Below the pieces are notes generated by a model. It was given only the letters and a program-made list of their open reading frames with translations, made no database searches and was not told the origin of the DNA. Below, piece after piece: positions 39,342 through 52,145 of a DNA stretch of 64,000 bases. The stretch spans positions 43,338,001 through 43,402,000 of the forward strand of contig CM060732.1 of the NCBI GenBank assembly GCA_030704615.1, in the 5' to 3' direction. The stretch comes from Takakia lepidozioides (Eukaryota; Plantae; Bryophyta). Within the stretch, counting starts at the first letter, position 1. Each line of letters starts with the position of its first letter. The translations under genes were made by a program, and so were the position numbers.

Positions 39342-42300
39342 TCACTGGTCCCCTGGATCCATATTCAGAAGAGTGTGAACCTCCTGGGGGCTCAACCCTG
39401 GTGCATGTATGAAGTGATGAGTTGTGGAATTACAACGGAGTCTCTTTAGGTACACGTAGTACAAATGCTTGCAAGGGCAGTATGATGCCCCCTTGTTCGC
39501 CATGATCTGGAAGTCGGTGCAATTGCAGGTGGGTAATTCTGAAATGGTGATGGTGTACACCTCATTGCGAACAGCTGAGCCCGCCGTGGCCATCTGATAC
39601 ACACGCCCGAATCCTGGTGGGGGCACTTCTGTCGAGCTCTGGATTGTACAGTTCATCCGAAGTGCATTCCCCATCCTTGTCTCGTTCACTTTTGAGGGAG
39701 GTCGCCGCCTCTTCGGTTTCCCCCAACGGTGTGTAGGATGCTTAGAGCTGTCGTGTCCCATTGTTCTTGCTCTCACAGGGGTCGGTGGTGGAGGCTGTGG
39801 AAGCGGAAATGGTTGTCTGGGGACGTCAGTGCGCTGCACCATCCGAAATCCTGCGGCGGTAAGGGCGTCGGCCTCAACCTGACTCAGATCGCAGCCTGGT
39901 TCCACCGGCCACACCGGGGGAGCCTCTGGCATTGTTTGTATGCCGTACTTGGGCTTTCCATACACGCAAGTCATAATGTCGTGCCTGCAGAACCAGAACT
40001 GGGTGGTTGTCGCCTCCGCAAACTTTGCATGGACAAATCTTCCTGTAAAAGTAGGAGCAGGGACAGCCCCATCTGGATTCCTCCTTATCATCTCTAAACA
40101 ACGTTGCCGTGTATCCACACGAATTGCGGAACACCTTCCTCGAAACGACGGCTTTGTGCGAGCAATTCTCCACTGTGATGCAGACACAGTCGTCTCCACA
40201 ATGGCTTGGCCATACTGCATAACAGCGGGCGGAATGTGGGGCAAGGGAGCGGTGGGAATTTGTTGCACGAAATCCCCGGTTGAAGGCGACGGCGATCTGG
40301 AATTTCTTGGGCTTCCACTGCTGGAAGACACATTGTGCGGCAACATGACGGGACCTCGAGGTGCTGTCCGAATGTTCCTGTCGGATCTCCAGGAATCCTC
40401 TTCGCACCCGGGTTCCTCTTCAATCCTCCGCCTGACAGGGCGAGTCCGGACGTCCCCCTCTAGGTGTTCACCTCTGCGGTGCAGAGGCGTCCCTTTGATC
40501 TTCTCTCGCAATGCTGTCGCCCATTTCACTGGATTCTTGGACCTCGAAGCTGTTCGTACCAACAATTCCTCCCTGTCCGGCCCAAAGCCCCATTGTTTGC
40601 CGCTCAGAACTTGTAGTACGTGGCTTGCTGCATGATTGCTCTGTCGATGTCCTCCGTTGTGGCCGTCACTACGTCCACCAGATGTGCGGCAGAAGACGCT
40701 CGCCAGGAGGAGTGGACCGATTCTGCCATATTCGTGTTCGGCATGTCCGTGTCGGAATCCAAGCACCGCTCCTAGAAGGACACAAACAATGGTGAGGGAC
40801 CAATCGAAATGTCCGTAACAGAAAGACAAATGAACGAAAATGACAGCAGCCTACCTCCCGCATGTACTGTCCGAACTGTCGATACCGAAAATGCCACCAC
40901 CCCAACCAGCTGTGCAATGCTCCCAGATTGGTTGTCTCCACTGCACCTGACGTGTTCCACCAAGCCTCGATGATAGCAAACTTAACCTCCGCGTCATCAA
41001 ATGTGGGTGCATCCTTCCACGCCGTACAAAGGACACGGTGTTCAGCCTGGAATGAGCTAGCAACAAATTTGGTAGTGTAGTGGGATAGACTCTGCATCCA
41101 ATGGAATCCACAGGATCTCTCTTTCCCCTCCATTGGAACATTGGGGTCCTCACCGTACACACGCCGCACCGCTGCCCAGTTGGCCTGAGCGTTGTCTGCC
41201 ATGAATCCCCTGAAATTGGGCTCTGGCAATCCCGCCCTTGCCATCTGCTGGTTTATGCCCTCCCACAGATGCATCTCGGACTGTGTGTCCTCCCCTTTCA
41301 TCTCGCAGATTGCAATCGTCATGAGCCTCTTGGAGTGATAGTCATAAACATGCGCACCCATAGTCACCCACTGATGGTTTGTAATTCGCTTGATGTGATC
41401 AAACATCACCCAAGCATTCGACAAGTTTCCAGTTGTCATGCGAGTGACCAAGTCGACTCCACTCCCAGGCCCACACGTCGACATTTTGAAAATGTAACAA
41501 CGATCGGATTCGCTGCCTTGCCCTGGAAACCTGCTACCTTGGATGTAGTCATATCCAGTCATTCGTTTCACCTCCAGGATTGAGTACATGTCCGACCCCC
41601 TGCCGAACTCCTGCTTGCAAGATACGATGTGATTCCGCACATTCGGACTACAAACGTGCGAGACGGACTCCAAGAGGTCACGCATCTCGTCTTCGGTCAA
41701 GGGCTCTCGGTCGGAACCATCTTCAGACATGATTTTGCCAAGAGCAATCTTGTGGGCTGCCTTCAGCTGAATCTGCTTTGGTCTGGCTCCGGGGCTCAAT
41801 TTCACCTCCTCTTTTATGATGTCGTGTGCTTCCTGCACAGCCTCACGCATGTTGCCTCTCGCCAAGGGGTGGCAGTGGACCCCAACGTGTATGCAAGCTC
41901 TAGTCAAGTCCGGGAGCAAATGGATAACGTAGTATTGCTTGGCTCTGCACATGGACATGCACGTCGGTGGTTCTTTGCAATGTGCACACTTGAAAGAACC
42001 CGCAGGAGCTTGGCTGGAGACAATGAATGGATGATGCGTTGTGCCAGTCCAATCCGTCTCGTTTCTCCGCCCTCCTTTGGAGAGAAAGTGGAAGCAGGTG
42101 GGATTGAGGCACCTCAGCTTCCCCGCACAGAGGACATATCGTACACGAACACCATCAGCAATTTTCGTGCTACTGGTCTTCGTCACACACCAGGGGTGTC
42201 CGTCATGCTTTCGATCCATGTCTGTTAACATCCCGGAGGATTTCTTTGACGAAGAAACAGGTGGAAACTCGAAGATGACATTGCCATCGACTTCGGGAGG

Positions 42301-43270
42301 CAGAAACGTTACCTTTCTGACTGGAATTTGGCATAGTCGAGAGCAGCCAGCTCGGAGCGAGAACCATCGAGGTGATGTTGTCGTAGGAGCTGCACAATGG
42401 ACCGGGTTGGAGTTATGCTCGAGGGCACATGCGTAGCACCTACAGAGACGTCCATGCCGGATTTGAACGACCGTGTGGAGGACATGGGTACCTCAATGCA
42501 ATCATCTTCCTCGTCGGAAATGTCGAATACGTCCACACGAGAAGCTATGGAGGGTCTTGACGGTCCAGGTCGGGAATGATTATCGTTGCATACCTCTCTG
42601 TTGGCAGTGGCCGCCTCTCGGTTTCCGGACTCCTTTGTGGATGGTGTGGGCAGCGACTGATTCGGAAAGGGAATGGGCATTCCCACAGCTCGGTACAGGA
42701 TGGTGTCTGACGGGGGAACGTGCCATTCGATTCCGCAACCTCCGTCGTTACCTAGCACGACAATGGTCTCGTCAACCTGTCCAGGAACATCCTTCCTTTC
42801 TTCTTCCAAATAAACTGTGCCCGGTTTGAGCTTGAATTTGGAACAAAGGTAAGTTTCAGTCACTCTGCAAAGTCCTCCCTCGTTTGGGATCCAGGCTCTC
42901 CCAAGTTGCGGAGGACAGCAAACTATAGCGTAGGAATTCGGAGCCATCGAACACCGCACGGAGTTGGCAAGTGCGAGGTTCAGTATAGCGACAGACCAAG
43001 GCTCACAGGCACCATGCGGAGTCCATCGACGATTGGAAGTCGCACATTGAAGTGGAAAGTATTGTTTCAAGCTACATGCATGAAGGTGGGAGGTTTGATT
43101 CCATAGCCAGTGAGTATGACAATGATGGCCGATTCGGCGACGAAATAACATCTCCTGACAGTTTCTCCTGAGGGTGGATCCAGCAGTATTCTCGGTGCAG
43201 ACAGGAACGTTCGCACTGACAAGTGCCAGGACTGCTGGTTAAAACGGTCAGACAACCAAGTTGTGCTCAT
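39342..43270 (-). CDS. MULE-type DDE transposase with N-terminal GCM-like Zn domain and C-terminal SWIM finger; start approximate, intron about 40853-40772, single-base frameshifts near 42314 and 40608
   Basis: CAGKLRC..C...CAHC...C....C...HVGVHCHP (GCM-like). WVMFD, FMAD, CGFH and PNTNMAES supply the D, D, CxxH and E of Mutator transposases. SWIM: CNC...CKH. Confidence 0.88.
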
Positions 43271-43359
43271 CAAGACTGGCCGCAATTGTGTTGTTTCGGA
43301 ACAATGCAACCCATTCAGGTTCCAAATTTCCCGTCCCGAGTGATTCTTTCGATTGCGGT

Positions 43360-45310
43360 GGACGGAAATACGGCGCCGCATTTCCGTATTGCATCTTGGT
43401 CATGCACCAGAGCGACGGAAATGCGGCACCGAGTTTCCGTCCGGGGGAAACCTTTATACTCTCCAGAACGGAAATGCGGTAACGCATTTCCATCCAGCAA
43501 GCACGGTATGTGAAGGTGGAACGGAAATGCGGTACCGCATTTCCGTTCTGATGAAGAATTATGAACAACGGGAACAGAAATGCGGCACCGCATTTCCGTC
43601 CGAGTCGCACTTTTCCGACATTTCAGAACGGAAAAGCGGCGCCGCATTTCCATTTTGTATCTGATGCATGGAGCTGAGGGATAGAAATGCTGCAGCACAT
43701 TTCCGTCCTTAAAAGACATTCATACTCTCCAGAACGGAAATGCGGTACCGCATTTTCATTCAACAAGCACGGTATGTGAAGGTGGAACGGAAATGCGGTA
43801 CCGCATTTCCGTTCTGATTGAGATTTACGAACAAGGGAACAGAAATGCGGCACCGCATTTCCGTCCGAGTCGCACTTTTCGACATTCCAGAACGGAAATG
43901 CGGCGCCGCATTTCCATTTTGTATCTGATGAATGGAGCTGAGGGATAGAAATGCTGCAGCACATTTCCGTCCTTAAAAGACATTCATACTCTCCAGAACG
44001 GAAATGCGGTACCGCATTTTCATTCAACAAGCACGGTATGTGAAGGTGGAACGGAAATGCGGTACCGCATTTCCGTTCTGATTGAGATTTACGAACAACG
44101 GGAACAGAAATGCGGCACCGCATTTCCGTCCGAGTCGCACTTTTCGATTCCAGAACGGAAATGCGGCGCCGCATTTCCATTTTGTATCTGATGCATGGAG
44201 CCGAGTGCGATTCGACAGCTTCATACAGCGCAATTCCGACCGCTTGAGACATTCATACTATCCAGAACGGAAATGCGGCAACGCATTTCCGTTCTGACTG
44301 AAATCTGAACTAAAATGCGGCACCATATTTCCATCCGAGTCGCACCAACCAACATTCCAGAACGGAAATGCGGTACCGCATTTCCGTTCTGACTGAAAAT
44401 CGTGAACCGTCGGAACTGAAATGCGGCAACGGATTTCCATCCGAGTCGCACTTCCCAACATTCCAGAACGGAATGTATTAGATTCAAAAGGGAAATGCGG
44501 CACCGCATTTCCGTTCTGATGAAATATCCTGAAACCTCGGAACTGAAATGCGGTACCGCATTTCCGTCGGAGTCGCACCTTCCGACATTCCAAAACGGAA
44601 ATGCGGCGCCGCATTTCCGTTTTGTATGTGAGGCATGGAGCTGTGGAACGAAAATGCGGCACGGCATTTCCGCCAGCGTCAGACGTTAATACTCTACAGA
44701 ACGGAAATGCGGTACCGCATTTCCATTCTGACTGAAAATCGTGCGCAACGGGAACAGAAATCCGGCACCGCATTTCCGTTCCAGTCGCACCTTCCGACAT
44801 TCTAGAACGGAAATGCGGCGCCGCATTTCCGTTTTGTATATTGGGCCTGGAGCTGTGCTACGAAAATGTGTAGCAGCATTTCCATACATGTGAGACCTTC
44901 AAAGTTTCCGGATTTATGTCCAGGTGAGACCTCTATACTTTCCCGAACGGAAATGTGGCACGGCATTTCCATTCATCATGTAACGGATGTGAAGTGGGAA
45001 CGGAAATGCGGTACCGCATTTCCGTTCACATTGAAAATCATGAACCACGGGAACAGAAATGTTGTGCCTCATTCCTGTCCCAATCGCACCTTTCGACATT
45101 CCAGAACGGAAATGCGGCGCCGCATTTCCCTTTTGAATCTCATACTTGGAGCTGTGGGACGGAAATGCGGCACCGTATTTCCGTTCAAAAACTAAGGTAT
45201 GTGAAGGTGGAACGGAAATGCGGTGCCGCATTTCCTTCCAACAAGTACGGATGTGTAGCAGAGTGATGGTACTTAACGGAAATGCGGCGCCGCATTCGCA
45301 TTTTCGCTCC
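43360..45310. repeat. Array of about 35 palindromes (AAC)GGAAATGCGG-NN-CCGCATTTCC(GTT) spaced about 50 bp apart, including three units of about 265 bp (starts near 43456, 43722, 43986)
   Basis: Direct reading. Lies between the two divergent genes. Confidence 0.95.
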
Positions 45311-45735
45311 AACTCATCAGACGCTGGGACGGAAATACCTTGAAATGTGAACACGTGGAGCAACGGAATTGCTGCACATGTCGGCACTCTATCTGACTGA
45401 AGGGGCATGAGGCGGCGCGGCCTGACCGTTCGATAATGATGTTTGTTTTTCGGACGGCAGGCGTACCCTCAACGATTCGAATTTCGTAATGACGCAAACT
45501 CCCCGAGGAGACACTTTCGTCCAACCTTTTCGAACCCAAGTGGTGCATCACCGCCGTTTCATCTACTTTTGTCGTGTCTCCTCAGTCACCCCTCTCGCGC
45601 CCTTTCCATCTGCACTCTTTGGCCCTTTTCCCTCTCTCTGTTCTTCTTATGCTCGAACCTGAGAGGGGGGGAGTTCGTGCACCAGCCAGGAGACCTCGTC
45701 GCAAGCTCCGGAAATTATACTTCGGACGTAGGCCA

Positions 45736-48700
45736 ATGCCGAAGGGGAGGAAGCAGATGCGTCTACAGGAGGAGATTGCCATCTCCGAGCAGCAGGCCAC
45801 TCAGGCAACCCAGCCACCAGTGAGAGCTCCATGCGATCGGGCTGCGCGCAGCTGATCGAGCACCGAACCCCCCATTTTGCTTCTGTAATTCTTAGACTGA
45901 ATGCTAGGAGACTTGAATGCAGAACATGTTTGCATGCCTAACAGGAAAGGTGGACGTGCTGGAGGGATCGCAGGAATCCGAAGAGCCGCAGGAAGAGTCC
46001 GAGGAGCTAGCTGCAGCACGTACACCCACCCGATCCCCGAGCGCGGGTATTCCTGCCGGGCCTAGCCCTCTGCGATTCAAAGACGCGTCTTCGAAGGGCA
46101 AGTTCAAAGTCCCAGAGATCGACTCGCGTTCTTCGGTCATGGAGAATCGCCAGCAGGGGTCGGGCCCTTCTCCAGCAAAGTCGAAGAAGAAGCAGCCCGT
46201 CCCTCTACTGGCTTCTGAACCGGCTCAGGCCGATTCACCCCCCCCAACGCGAATGAAGCAGCAGGGTAGAAGACAGATTCAATTGCAGCAGACACCTTCA
46301 CCTGCAAGGATGAGGAAGCAGAAGGCAATCAGGGCGACGGGCGAACAATCTCCCGCAAAACCGCTTCCACGAGCTGAAGCTCAGTTCCTGGAGGATTTCC
46401 CGCCTGCAGATGTTGGGGCCGACTCTGCTGCAGCGAAGGCAATGGGATCGACCGTTGATCTCGATTTGGTACCGGAGGAGGGTGCTGCCGCTCAACTTTC
46501 GCAGCAAGACCTCACCACCGATGAGCAAGCAGGCCCGGAGGAGGCCTCTGCAATGGCAGAATTGCCCGCAGACAGGCCCCAGAGTGCAGCTCCAGTTGAG
46601 GATGATCCAGCTGCTCAGCCACTACCGGCACCTACAGACATGTCTCCGGAGGATTTCAAAAGTGCAGCGGATAAAATGTTGGAGGAGACACACAGTAGCA
46701 TTGGCAGAGTTCTGGCAGCAGGGTATTCCAGCGGACTCTTCAAATCCCACTCTGTCGCATGGTCTCCCTTCCCATCGTCAGGCAGGCCCTTCCCGGAGAT
46801 GTGGATAAGCTCAAGTTCGCATTTCGAGAAGGGTACCGTCTGGGATCGGCAGCGTTTTACGTTTCCATTGAGAATGAGGACGGCGAAACTCGTGGACCCA
46901 CTGCCGATGAATTGTCAACGTGGGATACCCACTGGCACACTCGCAACCACGAATTCGAGGCGACGCTGAAGGGTGATCCCGACTTCGGCCATATGTCGGG
47001 TAAAATGTTCTTTGTGTGGGACGGGAATCACCGACTTCTCGCCTGGTGGGAGTACATCAAGCAAACCATGCCAAGCACATTGGCTGGCATTACATGGTGG
47101 AGTGTGTCATCCTCAAGGTGAAGGCGGCAGACTCCTCCCTGCTCAAGAATGCCATGGCGGACCTCAACTCGTAAGATACTCATACCCTCCCTAGCACGTT
47201 CGAAATGCGGTGCCGCATTTCGGTTTCCATTCTGGTTTCTTTCCGTGCTTCCGTGTACTGAACTGGAGAGTGTGCCTTGCAGGGTCACTGAAAATGCGTA
47301 CGTGCATACCCACATGGCACACATGCTGTACAGGGTGAGGAAAACTGGTCTCACTGATCCGCAGATGTTTGCGGAAATGCTGGAGCCCGAGCTCATTCAG
47401 AAAGCCGTTGCAAAAACAGACCGGACATGGTATCGTCTCACTATGGATGGAATGGTGGAGGTGATATACGAAGTAAGTCGTCCTCCAATTTCCCTCTGCT
47501 CATCCTTCCCCAATTTTCAGTAATGTTTCCACATGAATTCGAATGTAACGCTTCTGCATGTTTTTGTTGGCAGTCAAACATCAAGCTGGATTTGGCCCAT
47601 GCCAAACGCTTCTTCATGGAAAGTGAGGGGCAGGTGAAAACGTTGCAGTCATTGACTGAGCACTTGAAGGAAGCCGGTGTCAAGTCCAGAACCAAATACA
47701 AGTCAAAGCTTGTGAAGCTGGTGGCAATTGCAGATCCGGCACTTGGAAAGGACTTCATCCCCGAGATTGCAAAACACTATTCTCGGGCCATGCAGCCGAC
47801 CATGCAATTGGAGAAACTGCATCACCTCTCAACGGCATGTGTGGAGGCGAAAGAGAAGGTGAGGTTTCAATGCACTGAAGTTCCTTCCTAGCAATAGCCA
47901 CTCTCTTCCAGCTCCTGACATTGGATCGGAAATGGCAGACACGGTGGCTGTCGATCTGGAATGCATCCGAGAGCATAAGGACAATGTGGTCTTTTCCACT
48001 CGAAGTTTCCGACCCTGCAGTGGATGTGTGGCTCAACCGCATGACTTGGTGGTTCCAGGTAATTCAAGGTACTTCCCCAGATTTGCTTTTCTGAAATGAA
48101 TTCCCTGAACTGCTACGTTACAATGCATTTGGGAATCGCAGGTAATGTCGAATGCGAAGGAGCAAGTCGTAATGCACACAAATTCGTTCGGCTTGTACGT
48201 CAAATGGGATGGAACACAGACATTGGAAGACTACGTGACACGTTTCAGATGTGCGTACAAGGACAACCTTTTCGCCAGAGAGCTACAGACAGCAAGAAGG
48301 AGCGTGGAGTTTACACATCAGGAGGGAGCGGGGAAAGCTGCAATGCGAATTGTTTACAGGTGAAGCACAGCTGCCCTTGTATGCGAAGCCTGGTTACGAG
48401 GTTTGTCTCGGAAATGCGGCACCGCATTCGCATTTTATGTTTTCGGTGGCACTCTGCCAGTAGGTTGGTCTCAAGTTTTGCTCACGCATGCTGACTGCCT
48501 GCAGGTATATGAAATACGTGCTCCTTCAGACAGGGGCCCTGGCTCAAGAGCCCCCCTTCTTCATGGCTTGGACCGTGGCGGGCCCAAGCTGTGTCTACAC
48601 ACCCGAGATGCAGAAACAATGGCATCCCGCGCATCTCGTTGGATGCCCGTGGTACCTGGACATGTCTGGCGGTATTGTTGACGAGTCTGAGAAAGATCTG

Positions 48701-50858
48701 CACGCCTTGGCAGAAGAGAAGAGAAAGGAAAGACGTGTCCCTGCTGGGCCAAAGTCGGCAAAGGAATCTGCTGCTCTGGAAGAATCCAGAAAGGCAGCTG
48801 AGATGGCACAAAAGACGGTGGATGCAGCTGTGCAGGCCCAACAGAAGGGGTCGAAGAAGAGGACTCGCCAGCAAGGAGCAGCTGTTGTGACACCCGCCAA
48901 AACGAAGAAGCAGAAACAGCCTGTTCAGGAAGAGGGTGAGGAAGAGGACTCCGATGGAGACTTTGCAACCAGCCCACCCCCCCAAACGCAGGCTGCCTCC
49001 CCTGTGCCCACCGTTGTCACGAGAGGCACGAGAACTGGCTCGGCAAAGAAGGCACTCTTCAACCCCCCAGGGGGGCACCCTTTCGAGCCGGTGGAAATGA
49101 AGAGGCCGAAAGTGGCTCCCGAAACTGTAGTCCAGTGTGTAAATGAGAGTTTCTTGGCGGCTTTGGATGGACGGGCAGCCAAGTTGGCATACCTGAAGAC
49201 CATGGAGGGTCTGAAGGGCAGAGCACTGAAGAAGGCGACTGCCGAAGAGCCTTCCGACACCCCAGGATTTCAGAATATGGTCTCGTTCTTTGAGAGGGTG
49301 TGTGCAGACAAGGATTGTAGGAGGGGCGGAAATGCCACCGAGTGGTCTTGCGATATGATCATCTTGGATATTCCGGACGGAGAGCCTGTGGAAGGACTGC
49401 AAGCTTTGCCATCTTGGAACAGGTACTCGGAGGACTTTTGGAAGAAAGGATTCGGGCTTGCCCGCATGGTGTTGGACGACAGAGGCTGTGTGGTTGTCCT
49501 GGCGAGCAGAGGAAAAAACACTCAGACAGGAATTGCGAAGTGGACCCGCAAGAGCGCCGTCCCGATTCTGAAAAAGAAGTGGACGTGCATCAACACACTG
49601 GGCCTTCGGTCGGAAGGGAAGAAGGTGATTACGACACTGGCACTCGTCCTTTCATTTGCTTGGGTGTTTTCAAATGCGGTGCCGCATTCGGTTTCTAATC
49701 GTTTTCCCCCTGTGTATGCAGACGAAGCAGTTCGATGCATACTGCTTTGTGAAGGAGAACTCCACCTTTGCTTTCCGGAAGGAGGGAGGAAAGGTTGACC
49801 CGAACTGCGACCCACTCGATTACGACGTTCTGTTCAACAACGTTCCCAAGGAACTTCTCCCTCATAGCCTCACTTCAACGGAACCCCTGCGGTACTCACG
49901 GACTCGGAGCCCTGCCTTCATTCAGACAATTATGGAGACATGCACAGACGTGGAGGGCACAGTGCTCGACCTCATCTGTGGGACAGGTATGCAGAATCTT
50001 GATCTCTGCTGTTCTGCAAATTCTCGTTAGGATGTAGTTCGCAACATCTGAAGCGCCATGTGGTAATGTGTGGATGGCATTGTAACAGGTGCCTCAATGT
50101 GGGCTGGGCGGTTTTTCGACCGGCACCTCTTTGCCTACGAGGAGGATTCATCCGTGTGGGGATCCCATCTGGAGGGGCTGCAACAGAATGTGAAGGCTCC
50201 CAACAGAGCGGAAGTCTCCTCGGATTCGTCGGAGTCCGAGGAAGACACAGTGGACATTGATGCGGAGGAGAACCCGGAATACGAGTGAGTGCAAACATTG
50301 TAAGTTTGCAAAGCCTTCTGGGTCATTTATGTCAAACGAATTTCCCGACTGTGGTTCTCATTAGTCTCGTTGATGATTGTCATGTGCAGGATTGCAGGGT
50401 CCGGGTCGAAACATGTAGGGCCTACACTTCCTGCCAGGAAGAATGTCCCGTTCTTTGCGAGGGCCGATTTCATGACGAGCCCGGTGAGGGACTACTCCCT
50501 TCCTAGTTATGCAGCTAAACTCGCAAATACAGCGATTAGAAGAAGTGAGAATCCCAGTAAAGTAGAGCAGATTTTGGAGAGGGCTAGGGAGGACAGAAGG
50601 ATAAGGAAAGAGTTGGCAGCAGCTCAGACAGGTAGACGGGTACGAAAGTACATATGTGATTCAGCGGATGAGAGCGACGCAGACAGGGAGGAAGACGACC
50701 CAACGGAGGTGAGATGGACAGTTCCGCAAGGGGAAGATGGGATTTTCGAAAGCCTGGCCAACGAGCAGTCCGCTGGAGATGAGAGAGGCACCGAGGGGGT
50801 GGAGGAGGAGCAGGACAGTCTAGAACAGGATGAGGATTCGGATGATTTTCAAGATTAA
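45736..50858 (+). CDS. Spliced gene for a large protein: disordered N-terminus, ParB/Srx-like domain, helical region, beta-class N4C/N6A DNA methyltransferase-like domain, acidic tail. Approximate exons: 45736-45819, 45944-47170, 47283-47472, 47574-47858, 47892-48057, 48142-48359, 48505-49623, 49722-49987, 50089-50284, 50390-50858
   Basis: FFVWDGNHRLLAW (ParB GxHR motif, about 47010-47045). CDMIILDIPDG (motif IV position), ARMVLDDRGCVVV, and RTRSPAFIQTIMETCTDVEGTVLDLICGTG|ASMWAGRFFDRHLFAYEED (motifs X-I-II, compare KPxxLxxxLIxxxTxxGDxVLDPFxGSGTTxxAAxxLGRxxIGxE). GT-AG introns. Single-base frameshifts near 46744, 47065 and 47893. Confidence 0.8.
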
Positions 50859-50989
50859 TAGAATTTTAATGAAGTCTCTGTAAATGTAAATTCTCTTCAA
50901 GAGTATATAAAGGAAATTCTGCCCGACATTCGTGACCCCTCTCCAGTGTGCATTCCAGCCACACAATCGCCCAAACCACGACGCTCCCA

Positions 50990-51665
50990 AAATCGGAAAT
51001 GGGGCACCGCATTTCCAAAACAGGGGAACTCTAAGAACCTCTTTTCGAAATGCGGCACCGCATTTCCAAAACAGGGGAGGGACTAAATTTTCCATTTCAA
51101 TGTTGGCATAGTAAAAAGTAATCTGAATTGGAAATGCGGTGCCGCATTTCCAAAATTTCCTTTGTCCACACGCCAGTTTTGGCCTCTCCCACTCATTGCA
51201 TGGATGCCACCACGCTTACAGAGGTCGAACAACGAGGTCGAACAAGGAGGTCGACATGGCGGGATTGAAAATGCGGTGCCGCATTTCAGTATTGGGGATG
51301 GTCGTTGTTCGAACTGCAGGCCCATCAGCAAAAAATTGGCAGCGCATTCCATTGTTAAAAAAAAGTCGATGACGGACATGGAAATGCGGCGCCGCATTTC
51401 CAGAACGGACATCGCAATTTGTCCATCTGCAGACCCTCTCTCGGAAATGCGGTAACGCATTCCATCGCGCTGGTCGGAAATGTCACACTTTTCGAAGTGT
51501 TGTACGGAAATGCGGCACCGCATTCCCTTGTCCAAAAAGAAGTTTCCATTGCCAAGCTGGAAATGCGTCGCCGCATTTGCAATGCCAACCTCGTTTTCTG
51601 ATCAATTTATAGACCCGTGTTGGTATTTCGTGTACCTGGACGGAAATGATACACCGCATTTCGAT
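50990..51665. repeat. Second cluster (about 9 copies) of the GGAAATGCGG-NN-CCGCATTTCC palindrome
   Basis: Copies at about 50995, 51047, 51130, 51268, 51379, 51443, 51506, 51559 and 51642; one more at about 52078. Confidence 0.9.
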
Positions 51666-52145
51666 GTCCGACATGGCGTTACTCTGGTATATTCTTGACA
51701 CATGACTCACATACCGGTTACTCTGCTATATTCATCCGGACAGACACATTGTAGAAATGAGACATCAAATTGTAAACAGTGGGCCAATTCCGACATCCTT
51801 GAAAAAGAGTAGCGGAGTACGCTCAATGACAGCAGCTCCCGGATGGAGGAGGAGCAGCGCGGTGGCTGGAAAAAGTTCAAGCTAACGCTGCAATTCCTCA
51901 CAAACACTCCAGGGCACATTTAAATTTCCCCCCTACAGGATCCTGGACCGATGAAGATTGGCTGCTGCATGAATGTAGCCGTTTCAGTTTCCTACCCTGC
52001 CATGCAAACTATGGGCAGTCACTGCCAGGTGGGCCGATAGCCACTGGACACGACGAAGTCCATCCCCTCTTCGATGTAAATGCGGCGCCGAATTTCCATC
52101 CGGGGGGATGGACTTCGGTGGCAGATCTCAAACTATAACTTGTTG

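Noticed and set aside
43360-45310. CRISPR array (palindromic repeats with spacers of about 30 bp)
   Set aside because: The spacers are themselves repeated in units of about 265 bp, the repeat is degenerate and dispersed into introns, there are no cas genes, and the context is eukaryotic.
43248-45551. Many ORFs with KCGTAFP / EMRRRIS / GNAAPHF repeats
   Set aside because: They are translation artefacts of the palindrome, which is open in all frames.
45736-50858. Bacterial or phage contamination explaining the ParB-MTase
   Set aside because: The gene has GT-AG introns, sits inside a TSD-bounded plant transposon, and has two decayed paralogs in the window.
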